From: Tubiluchus corallicola
Lineage: Eukaryota > Animalia > Priapulida
Length of the DNA stretch: 64,000 nt
Assembly (NCBI GenBank): GCA_030141605.1
Contig: JAQGDQ010000897.1
Location: 1 to 64,000 of the forward strand
Direction: 5' to 3'
Part shown: one piece after another, positions 1-11,387 of the stretch
Layout: every line of letters starts with the position of its first letter
Position numbering within the stretch: the stretch's first letter is position 1
Notes under the pieces: generated by a model
Database searches by the model: none
What the model saw: the letters and a program-made list of their open reading frames with translations, nothing else
Told to the model about the DNA's origin: nothing
Program-made: the position numbers and the translations under genes

Positions 1-360
1 ATGCATGTGTGTGGGAGGGTGTGTGTGTGTGGGTGGGTTGTGTGTTGGGTGGGTTTGCATGCATGTGTGTGGGAGGGTGTGTGTGTGGGTGGGTTGTGTG
101 TCTGTGGGTGGTGGGTGGGTATGTGCATGCGTGCGTGTGGGAGGGTGTGTGTGTGTCTGTGGGTGGTGGGTGTGCATGCGTGCGTGCATGTGGGAGGGTA
201 TGGGTGTGCATGCGTGCGTGCATGTGGGAGGGTATGGGTGTGCGTGCGTGCGTGCATGTGGGAGGGTATGGGTGTGCGTGCGTGCATATGGGAGGGTATG
301 GGTGTGCGTGCATGCATGCATGTGGGAGGGTATGGGTGTGCATGCGTGCGTACATGTCCA
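1..360. repeat. GT/GGG-rich degenerate minisatellite (about 30-bp unit gcatgtgggagggtatgggtgtgcgtgcgt) in the last EXT1 intron
   Basis: Visible tandem unit; the three overlapping Cys/Val ORFs here are repeat artefacts. Confidence 0.9.
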
Positions 361-886
361 TAAGCAAGTAGAGTACACAATTTCATACCAGATCTCTTAC
401 AAAATTTAGAAATTAATCTGTCGTAGAAACATAATAAGTTTACTGATGTTACATGCAGTCGTTACAGACTAAATAATGATCTACAAGTAAACATAATTGT
501 AATATTTTGTGTTGCTTATTTAGTACCTAATTATATTAAAACATTTGACCAATGACTCCTGCAGTGTTTTCTGCTGAAACACGCTGTAATAAGAACACAT
601 GTTAGCCTATAAGTTATATTTCCTCAGAAATGCTGCGATATTTTGTTACATTATTGATAAAATTCTGTAACAATATTGCGCATTACTGTGAACTGTTCAT
701 TGTATTGCCAAGTGGATAAATAAATACTATCAAACTGATAATACTTAGGCATCTGCAGTCATAGATGCATAACGGAAGAAATACATAACAGCATCGTCTC
801 ACTTTTAATACAAGTTACCCGTTTCAAACACTGAATAGCTTGTATGTAAGAAAGTTGTTTACATTATTACATTATCTGTGTTTCAG

Positions 887-1232
887 GTATTATAACTACC
901 TGTACACCCATCATCTCGTTTCCACGGCAACTGCGAACGATAACTGTGATGATATACTGATGAACTTTCTAGTCAGTCACGTGACCCAGCTTCCACCAAT
1001 CAAACTCACTCAGCGGAAGCAGCTAAGCGATCTGACGGCAGCGCGGCAGGGTTCGCCGACGGACAATCTACGTCGGTTCGCCGAGCGGCAAAAATGCGTG
1101 AACTCTTTCGTGGGGGAATTCGGTTACATGCCGCTCGTGAGATCCAGTGCCAGACTGGATCCGGTGTTATTCAAGGACGCGGTGTCGAATACGCGGAAGA
1201 AATACAGAAAGATCGAACTTGTGAACAGCTAG
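887..1232 (+). CDS. EXT1: Exostosin-1 / tout-velu heparan sulfate polymerase, last coding exon (GT64 domain C-terminus)
   Basis: Acceptor tctgtgtttcag|G at 886/887. Translation YYNYLYTH...[27 protein letters not shown]...[51 protein letters not shown] matches the EXT1/ttv C-terminus ([25 protein letters not shown]), not EXT2. Confidence 0.93.
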
Positions 1233-1461
1233 CATTGCCCGACTGCCGTTTACGTTGCCGTAAATTGTTCATTTTATCTCAACACGTGGCACAGTACTTA
1301 CTCTCTTCCTTTTAACTTGGGTCCAATTCTCCTAGTGGAAGAAAAGATGCCCTAATAAGCAAAGCATTCACTACTCACTGGTCTAAGATGGACAATCGTT
1401 TTCCTAAAATCTACTTAAGAATCTGACAAAGACGAGAAGCTGCCATTGATTTTTCAAAGTA

Positions 1462-2068
1462 CAGTAAACTTTGTATAACTCAAATTCTTACATATATCGA
1501 ACGGGTCTTGTGGAACGGATTTTTTCTTTCATTTTTCTTTTTGCCAAACATTGTATAACCCGAAATCTGTAACTCGAATTATCGCATAACTCAAACCGAA
1601 TTGCCGGAACAGTTTTTAAGAATCTAATTGAAATTAGCCCGCCTATCTCAAACATCGACCCAAGTGAGAAATCCTACATGAAAGTGTGCACCACATTATG
1701 ATTTTAACTGCTAGTTTAAGCAAAAATGCAAAGATTTCTTGTGTTACCTTAGCAGAATACCGAACACAACACCAACATGGTTTAATAACTAGATCCCAAT
1801 ATTATTATTGCCGAATTGTATTAACCATGCTACTCAGGATACGTTAGAGAGATGGACCAGTCGTTTTATTTTTGATTAATAGTAAAACTTGTTGTTTGAT
1901 ATTTGGTTAAAGGTTCAGTTTGTCATTTTCACCGGCTGCAGTGTATTGACCTCAGACATTGATGAGTGACTCAAACTTGTTTTTTACGAACATTGTCTGT
2001 CTTGTACCCTCACATAATTCGAACAAAGTTGCTGGTTTCGAGGTGCTCGAGTCAAACGTAGTTTACTG
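1462..2068. mobile_element. pogo/Tigger-like (Tc1/mariner superfamily) MITE
   Basis: TA|CAGTAAACT ... AGTTTACTG|TA: imperfect TIRs of about 22 bp, TA target duplication, internal TAACTCGAA-like motifs, no ORF. Confidence 0.7.
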
Positions 2069-2123
2069 TAACTCATTTCAGATGTCTTGAAAGTTCTCTG
2101 TAAAAACTGAGTTCGCTGAGAAA

Positions 2124-5100
2124 ACTGTGAACTCAGTACTATCCTGTTCTACCCTGGCTTCAACAACTGTGAACTCAGTACTGTCCTGTTCTACCCTGGT
2201 TTCAACAACTGTGAACTCAGTACTATCCTGTTCTACCCTGGCTTCAACAACTGTGAACTCAGTACTACCCTGGCTTCAACAACTGTGAACTCAGTACTAC
2301 CCTGGCTTCAACAACTGTGAACTCAGTACTGTCCTGTTCTACCCTGGCTTCAACAACTGTGAACTCAGTACTATCCTGTTCTACCTTGACTTCAACAACT
2401 GTGAACTCAGTACTAACCTGTTCTACCCTGGCTTCAACAACTGTGAAATCATTACTATCCTGTTCTACCCTGGCTTCAACAACTGTGAACTCAGTACTAT
2501 CCTGTTCTACCCTGGCTTCAACAACTGTGAACTCAGTACTATCCTGTTCTACCCTGGCTTCAACAACTGTGAACTCAGTACTATCCTGTTCTACCCTGGC
2601 TTCAACAACTGTGAACTCAGTACTATCCTGTTCTACCCTGGCTTCAACAACTGTGAACTCAGTACTATCCTGTTCTACCCTGGCTTCAACAACTGTGAAC
2701 TCAGTACTATCCTGTTCTACCCTAACTTCAACAACTGTGAACTCAGTACTATCCTGTTCTACCCTGGCTTCAACAACTGTGAACTCAGTACTATCCTGTT
2801 CTACCCTAACTTCAACAACTGTGAACTCAGTACTATCCTGTTCTACCCTGGCTTCAACAACTGTGAACTCAGTGCTGTCCTGTTCTACCCTGGCTTCAAC
2901 AACTGTGAACTCAGTACTGTCCTGTTCTACCCTGGCTTCAACAACTGTGAACTCAGTACTGTCCTGTTCTACCCTGACTTCAACAACTGTGAACTCAGTA
3001 CTATCCTGTTCTACCCTGACTTCAACAATTGTGAACTCAGTACTAACCTGTTCTACCCTGACTTCAACAACTGTGAACTCAGTACTATCCTGTTCTACCC
3101 TGGCTTCAACAACTGTGAACTCAGTACTATCCTGTTCTACCCTGGCTTCAACAACTGTGAACTCAGTACTATCCTGTTCTACCCTGGCTTCAACAACTGT
3201 GAACTCAGTACTATCCTGTTCTACCCTGACTTCAACAACTGTGAACTCAGTACTGTCCTGTTCTACCCTGGCTTCAACAACTGTGAACTCAGTACTATCC
3301 TGTTCTACCCTGGCTTCAACAACTGTGAACTCAGTACTATCCTGTTCTACCCTGACTTCAACAACTGTGAACTCAGTACTATCCTGTTCTACCCTGACTT
3401 CAACAACTGTGAACTCAGTACTGTCCTGTTCTACCCTGGCTTCAACAACTGTGAACTCAGTACTATCCTGTTCTACCCTAACTTCAACAACTGTGAACTC
3501 AGTACTATCCTGTTCTACCCTGGCTTCAACAACTGTGAACTCAGTACTGTCCTGTTCTACCCTGACTTCAACAACTGTGAACTCAGTACTATCCTGTTCT
3601 ACCCTGGCTTCAACAACTGTGAACTCAGTACTGTCCTGTTCTACCCTGGCTTCAACAACTGTGAACTCAATACTATCCTACCCTGGCTTCAACAACTGTG
3701 AACTCAGTACTATCCTGTTCTACCCTGGCTTCAACAACTGTGAACTCAGTGCTGTCCTGTTCTACCCTGGCTTCAACAACTGTGAACTCAGTACTATCCT
3801 GTTCTACCCTGGCTTCAACAACTGTGAACTCAGTACTATCCTGTTCTACCCTGGCTTCAACAACTGTGAACTCAGTACTGTCCCGTTCTACCCTGGCTTC
3901 AACAACTGTGAACTCAGTACTAACCTGTTCTACTCTGGCTTCAACAACTGTGAACTCGGTACTATCCTGTTCTACCATGGCTTCAACAACTGTGAACTCG
4001 GTACTATCCTGTTCTACCCTGACTTCAACAACTGTGAACTCAGTACTATCCTGTTCTACCCTGGCTTCAACAACTGTGAACTCAGTACTATCCTGTTCTA
4101 CCCTGGCTTCAACAACTGTGAACTCAGTACTATTCTGTTCTACCCTGGCTTCAGCAACTGTGAACTCAGTACTATCCTGTTCTACCCTGGCTTCAACAAC
4201 TGTGAACTCAGTACTAACCTGTTCTACCCTGGCTTCAACAACTGTGAACTCAGTACTATCCTGTTCTACCCTGGCTTCAACAACTGTGAACTCAGTACTA
4301 TCCTGTTCTACCCTGGCTTCAACAACTGTGAACTCAGTACTATCCTGTTCTACCCTGGCTTCAACAACTGTGAACTCAGTACTATCCTGTTCTACCCTGG
4401 CTTCAACAACTGTGAACTCAGTACTATCCTGTTCTACCCTGACTTCAACAACTGTGAACTCAGTACTATCCTGTTCTACCCTGGCTTCAACAACTGCGAA
4501 CTCAGTACTATCCTGTTCTACCCTGGCTTCAACAACTGTGAACTCAGTACTATCCTGTTCTACCCTAACTTCAACAACTGTGAACTCAGTACTATCCTGT
4601 TCTACCCTGGCTTCAACAACTGTGAACTCAATACTATCCTGTTCTACCCTGGCTTCAACAACTGCGAACTCAGTAGTATCCTGTTCTACCATGGCTTCAA
4701 CAACTGTGAACTCAGTACTATCCTGTTCTACCCTGGCTTCAACAACTGTCCTGTTCTACCATGGCTTCAACAACTGTGAACTCAGTACTGTCCTGTTCTA
4801 CCCTGACTTCAACAACTGTGAACTCAGTACTATCCTGTTCTACCCTGGCTTCAACAACTGTGAACTCAGTACTATCCTGTTCTACCCTGGCTTCAACAAC
4901 TGTGAACTCAGTACTGTCCTGTTCTACCCTGGCTTCAACAACTGTGAACTCAGTACTATCCTGTTCTACCCTGGCTTCAACAACTGTGAACTCAGTACTG
5001 TCCTGTTCTACCCTGGCTTCAACAACTGTGAACTCAGTACTCCTGTTCTACCTCTTCAACAACTGTGAACTCAGTACTATCCTGTTCTACCCTGGCTTCA

Positions 5101-5562
5101 ACAACTGTGAACTCAGTACTATCCTGTTCTACCCTGGCTTCAACAACTGTGAACTCAGTACTATCCTGTTCTACCCTAATCAACAACTGTGAACTCGGTA
5201 CTATCCTGTTCTACCCTGGCTTCAACAACTGTGAACTCAGTACTGTCCTGTTCTACCCTGGCTTCAACAACTGTGAACTCAGTACTGTCCTGTTCTACCC
5301 TGGCTTCAACAACTGTGAACTCAGTACTAACCTGTTCTACCCTGGCTTCAACAACTGTGAACTCAGTACTATCCTGTTCTACCCTGACTTCAACAACTGT
5401 GAACTCAGTACTGTCCTGTTCTACCCTGGCTTCAACAACTGTGAACTCAGTACTGTCCTGTTCTACCATGGCTTCAGCAACTGTGAACTCAGTACAATCC
5501 TGTTCTACCCTGGCTTCAACAACTGTGAACTCAATACTATCCTACCCTGGCTTCAACAACTG
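2124..5562. repeat. 42-bp minisatellite array (actgtgaactcagtactatcctgttctaccctggcttcaaca), about 80 copies
   Basis: Highly homogeneous tandem unit; generates the spurious 14-aa-repeat ORFs at 2317-5625. Confidence 0.97.
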
Positions 5563-7771
5563 CAGCATTGGCGAAGCTGTCTGCCCAGAAATCACACGGG
5601 GAGCCATTTTATTCAAATAGAGTGAAATGTTTGTGTTGTTGGGGAACCATTGTAGTTGCTCTTTAACGCTGATACAAGAGCACAGTTAAATGACTTCGCT
5701 CGTATTGCAGTGTAGTACATTTGCTTTCTTTCATAAGTCTTTATCAGTAATGGATATTTTTGCTCTTTTTCTTTGTCGTATTTTTATGTGAATTTATACT
5801 CGCTACAGGGAAAAATTCAAAACAGTTTTAACTAACTTTCTTATTAAATGGTTTAAAACAAAACTGCATTATGTCAGTTCATAGTCTGGTACCTAGTCCG
5901 CAAAATTAGAGTGGCAATAGTCATTTCCTTTTCCACATCAAAATCAAGCGTAGTTAGAGTTAGTTTATTTTTGCATGTAGTTAGATATTTTCAAACAATT
6001 AATGATTTTAATTGTAATTATTAATGTTGCCGTGTCGGCCATTTTTGATTATTCGTCTAATAATTGCTCCATTCATATTTTCCTCATTTATTTTCATTTT
6101 TATATAATATTGTATTTAAAATTGATATAGTGTCACTTAATTTGTCGACTATGTGTAGATTTTAGCATTTTGTTTTTACAACGAATCGTTATTGTATTTA
6201 CGCTCGATGTCGTACATTTTGAAGATTTTTTCTCGTAAATTGACAAACAATTTGTTAATCGTGACGCAATGTCATTGTTATTGTTGCCGCAAATGTTTTA
6301 CGCTTTTGCATCGTTTTTGAGATATTCTGTATTACGTGTGCGCGTAGGTGCTACATTGAGAAACGTGGTAAACGCTATCTTTCTGCCGAACTGTTAAGTA
6401 GTAATTGTTGTAATGTTAATAGTTTATACGCTTGCCCAGATTTGAACATGCGTGTCGGAGTATGATTGGATTATCATGTATAATAAGAGATAATTCTTAC
6501 TTTGCTTTAGTTTTGTAGATAGGTCATTGAAGCATGAAGATAAACTAGTCCTGATTATATTCTGTCCTGATGCTATCAATTGCATTTCTGATTTGCATTC
6601 AGTCAAGTCTGTGTTAGTAATATTCAATGATATTTGTATTAATGATGGGGTTTTCCGCCCTTTCTAACAACGACTTGATTATTTTAGCCCTTGGCCAGTA
6701 ACTACGACAACCTCATTTCCACATCTTGTCTTTTTAATCTTTGTCATAAACATTTCTGCCGTAGATAATTAGCAAATGTTTTATTTACAATTTGGTTTTG
6801 TCTCTAGTATGAAACAGAAAGTTCGTGGAAGAAACGTTGTGAAAGATGGCTTCGTGTTCGCAATTTTTCAGGATTAGTTGTGTTCTCTCTGAAGCAAGAG
6901 TCGTTAACTTTATTAATTACTAGCTTCGTCTTTGAATCCTCATCTGAAACGTCTTGTAAGTTTCCCTCGGATGCGAAAGGATGAACCACTAATTATTTGA
7001 CCGTGAAAATCTTGGTCATCAATCCAACTATCGGATCTTACTAAACTCAACTTTTGTGCAGTCGTGGTGATGTTCGCCTTTACTTCCCGTGAAATGAACT
7101 AGTGCTTTGCATTTTTTAGGAAATTTTAAACCACATATTGCCGTATTGTACTTAATGCATCTTAACATAATTATGATTGCAGTTAAAAAGTTTTAAATTA
7201 TAATATAATGTGATCCTTCCAAGGACCATACTATCTATAGTATTATCGATTATAACTGTTTGAAAACCCAGCCAGAGCATAACCGTGAAAACAGTTGCTT
7301 AAATTGTAACATGTGACCTATATGTAACTGACTCAAGGACTTTGTCGTATCCATTTGGGGACTTTAAAACTTCCATAATTAAAATTGTTTGTCTACGGAC
7401 ATTAATTAATTTTACTCTTATTATCTTCTGTGTAATTACTTTTGTAAGTAAATTATTGTGTCGCTTATACGCGCATTGTCGTTGGTATTTAATGGTCTAT
7501 CGTGTAACTGTAAGCTCATTCACTGTTGCTTGCTACCAATCAATGAACGAATTTTTTTATAAATTTGTTAGACTATATGAATGAATGTATTAGATTTTGA
7601 TTAAAATATACAAGGATTTTATACAAATTGAAGCATGTTGTGGCATCTTCTATTGCATTTTATCTCTGACTGAGAAAGCTTGATGTTTTGTCTGGCTTTT
7701 TTATAATTAATGTTGTGTAAGTTTTGCAGTTTTTGGAATTTTACGTTGTGTGCTCGTATCTGAGGCATCTG

Positions 7772-8135
7772 GTGCTCCGTGTAAACGTGGGTGTTGTTAT
7801 CTGCCATTGTTTTATTGTCATTGTTATTACTACCTTTGCTCCGTGTAAACGTGGGGGGGGTGTTATCTGCCATTGTTTTATTGTCATTGTTATTACTACC
7901 TTTGCTCCGTGTAAACGTGGGTGGTGTTATCTGCCATTGTTTTATTGTCATTGTTATTACTACCTTTGCTCCGTGTAAACGTGTGTGGTGTTATCTGCCA
8001 TTGTTTTATTGTCATTGTTATTACTACCTTTGCTCCGTGTAAACGTGGGGGGTGTTATCTGCCATTGTTTCATTGTCATTGTTATTACTACCTTTGCTCC
8101 GTGTAAACGTGGGGGGTGTTATCTGCCATTGTTTC
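7772..8135. repeat. About 64-bp minisatellite, about 5.5 copies
   Basis: Unit tgctccgtgtaaacgtggg..tgttatctgccattgttttattgtcattgttattactacctt. Confidence 0.9.
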
Positions 8136-8219
8136 GTCATCATTGTTAATTCTCGTGTTTTAACTCCATAGTGTCATTGTTATTACTACCTTCCTTTGTC
8201 CGTATGTCACCGCAGGAAT

Positions 8220-8780
8220 GTACTGCTATTGTTGTTGTTGGTATGTTGTTTGTCGTTGCTGCTGTTCTATTCATTGTTGCTGCTATTGCTGATGTCGTCG
8301 TCGTTCTTGTGTGTAGCTGTGTTGTTCAGTTGTTCGTTGTTACTGCTATTGTTGTCTCTGCTTGTTATTGCTAATTGCTATTGTTTGCAGTTGCTGTTAT
8401 TGTTTTTGTTTCTGGTGTTGCTGCATTATTCGTTGTTGTTTCGTGTTGCCGTATTGTTCGTTGTTACTGCTATTGTTGTCTTTGCTTTGTGTTGTGTTGC
8501 TATTGTTTTTTCTGTTGCTGCATTTTTCATCGTTGTTGCTATTCATATTATTCTTCCCTGTTACTCTGTTATTCATTCTTGCTGCTATTGTTGTTTTTGC
8601 TTCTTGTATTGTGTTTGATAAATTGTTTGCAATTGTTTTCGTTTATGCTGCATTATTCGTCTTTGCTGCTATTGTTGTTGTTTTTTCGTGTTGCTGCCAT
8701 TGTTGTCTTTGCTTGGTGTTGTTGTATTGTTATTGATACTGCTATTGTTGTTTTCACAGTTATTACTTCATGCTGTTGTG
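8220..8780. repeat. Degenerate (TTG/CTG)n low-complexity tract
   Basis: GTT/GCT/ATT triplets giving poly-L/V/C ORFs in all three frames. Confidence 0.85.
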
Positions 8781-9253
8781 TTCCTTCCCACACAAAACCA
8801 ACCATCATGAAATATTGAAATAATTTGCGATTATTTGTCGACTGTTTACTCAAATTTTGTGTTTCAAATACTGACTTCTGCAAAGTGAAACCTCATACTA
8901 CATTATAAAAAAGTCCCACACTTGCTATTATCTTTTAGCGCCTTCTGGTGACCTTCAGCTCTTCGAGGCTTCAGTGCTTAACTCTTTCTCTTAACCTTTG
9001 TAATTCCCTCCCACCAGACTGAGTGGATGTCTGCGCGTCAGTCGCCCGCCCACGCAGCACCAATGTCACTCAGCCTCCCTTGCCTCGCTTGTCGTTAATT
9101 CGCTTTCGCCCGTGAGTAATTAAAAGCTATATTAACTAGCTATTAGTCTTGCTTAATAGAATCAAGGCATTTGCGTGAGTTGGCAAACGCATGAGCAAAT
9201 CCGTAACGTAGGCATCGTCAATATTGTCACATTGTACAATTATCACACAAATC

Positions 9254-9436
9254 ATGGATGGTACACGAGTGTTCGGTTTGTCTGTCTGGCTTCTTTGTGT
9301 ACACCTGAGTTTAGTTCGAACTCTTACCTGCCCGGAAGACATCTGCAGTCGCATCCGCTTCTTTGCGCCCAGGAATTGTCCCGGAAATGTAATCCCAAAC
9401 GGCGGTATTTGCTCGTGTACGGACGCCTGCGCGAAG
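9254..9436 (+). CDS. Single IGF-binding-domain (SIBD / IGFBP N-domain-like) secreted protein, exon 1
   Basis: ATG at 9254; hydrophobic signal peptide MDGTRVFGLSVWLLCVHLSLVRT, then LTCPEDICSRIRFFAPRNCPGNVIPNGGICSCTDACAK; strong phase-0 donor AAG|GTAAGT. Confidence 0.82.
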
Positions 9437-10415
9437 GTAAGTTGACAAACTTTCTTTTTCTATTTAACACTTATAATAAATAATAATAATAATAATTTAA
9501 TAATCATTTTGCAACTAGCTGTATATAAACGCTTTATACGTATATTTTCTGGATATATTTCTATGCAAGAAGAGTTTCTTTTCTTGAGGTTGTGGCGGTA
9601 CCGGAATCTAATACATTACCGATGTAAATCCTTTGAAATGACCACTTAACCACAATGTTGTCTAGGCTACGTATGCATGTGACAACGTAGTTCATTTGCA
9701 AGGTAAACAGTCTCAATCAGCATGGCAAATTATAACGTACCCCCGAGAGCAAACATTGAACACGCCAACCCATTCCCTGACGACTTTAGTATTGCTTAAT
9801 TTTTATTGCTAAACACACATCACGATTCACATCGTAAGATACCTCTTCGCCGCTCATTATACCCCTTTGCCGCCTTTAGGAAAGTTTTCTATTTCTGGAA
9901 GGAATTGACGCAACGAGTTTGAGCATGGAAACGGTTGCCACTATTAGCAACTTCTGGAGTTAATGATTGATAAATTCTTTATTGACACGCAGCGTGGCAG
10001 TTAATTGACTGTTAATTGGCAATTATAATTAAACGTGCTTCTTGTCCATTTGCAGATTTACTAAGCGTCCAACACGTACGATTTTACCCAGTTTACGTGC
10101 ACCAATACCACATGTAGGGAGAGCAGGGATTGTTGTAAAACTTCATATATTTTCTCTTGTAAATACATAAATGTTTAGTGATTGTGTCATATATTAGTGC
10201 CCAGACAAAGTACACAAAACCTTGCAGTCATTAACATTGTAAGGGATTACGAAACCATAGAGATAGTTCGAAAAATAAAAATGTTGCAAATTGTATTGCC
10301 CCTCATAATAATAATCTTTATTTAAAGTTGGCTTTTGGGTCAACAATTAACATTAGCTAAAAGAGCTATTATCGCCGACTGTAAATAACAACCAACAACT
10401 ACATAACAGAGACTA

Positions 10416-10566
10416 TTATTACCCCACTTTTACCCTAAATACCCCGCGTCAGGCAGGTCAACAGCAGGTACCATTTTTAAAGTCTTTGGTATGACCCGGC
10501 TGCTGGTTCGAACTCACGACCTCCCAGACGGAAAGCAGACGCATTACCACTAGACTAACCGTCTGG
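10416..10566 (-). mobile_element. tRNA-derived SINE (partial), probably with a MetaSINE-type central domain
   Basis: Minus strand has A-box TAGTCTAGTGG, B-box GAGTTCGAACC, then GGGTCATACCAAAGACTTTAAAAATGGTACC, a core recalled from widespread metazoan SINEs; no intact acceptor stem. Confidence 0.72.
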
Positions 10567-10898
10567 ACAAAGTGAAACAGTGGCAATTATATTCAGTTAC
10601 TTGGCAAGATTTTCTTCCAATGAACCTGGATTCAATAGTACGCCTAATTATAGAAACAAGCCAAAACACAAGCGCAACATAGCAGCCGTTTCAGAACAGA
10701 GGAATTTCATTCATAGTGTACTGAAAAAAATGTTTAACAACAAAATTATTGAACATAATGTCTAGCAATAAAGTTTTAATTCTGGTAAACGAATATTGAT
10801 CAAAATTAATGGTAACTGCTGACAGGTGATGGATTAGTAAATGGAATCGTCTGAATTGCATATTGTTTGCAAATGTATAATTATCAGCATGTCTAAAA

Positions 10899-11387
10899 TC
10901 GCTATGTTAAACAATAGTGTTTGAACTAGCCCCAAGAAGACTTATATATAATACATTATTTAAAAAATATACCAGTGTTTTGAAACATGGTTACATCATG
11001 GGGTAGTTGAGGGTCAGTACTTTCTAATTTATTACTAAAATTCGTAGATAGTATACTTTAATTAGTAGACCAAATGTTTGAAAAAAGCAAAAATTTCCTT
11101 TCAGCTGTTAAAACCGCTTCACTCTCAGTAATGAAGAATTTACGGCAGCAGAGAACTGAGAATGAAGCGGTTTTAACAGCTGAAAGGATATTTTTGCTTT
11201 TTTCAAACATTTGATCTACTAATTAAAGTATACTATCTACGAATTTTAGTAATAAATTAGAAAGTACTGACCCTCAACTACACTATGCTGTAACCATGTT
11301 TCAAAACACTGGTATATTTTTTTAAAATTATCTATTATACATAATTCTTCTTGGGGCTAGTTCAAACGGTATTGTTTAACATAGCGA
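10899..11387. repeat. Long inverted repeat (two arms of about 230 bp, 25-bp spacer) in the SIBD intron
   Basis: 10899-11129 is the near-perfect reverse complement of 11155-11387. Confidence 0.93.

Noticed and set aside
2317-5625. Long ORFs (up to 820 aa) of 14-aa repeats
   Set aside because: Produced by a 42-bp minisatellite open in several frames and on both strands; frame-switching indels; no splice or signal context.
8171-8818. Hydrophobic membrane-protein-like ORFs
   Set aside because: Low-complexity TTG/CTG tract open in all three frames.
10490-10566. tRNA gene on the minus strand
   Set aside because: A and B boxes are present but the acceptor stem is not, and it continues into a SINE core sequence.
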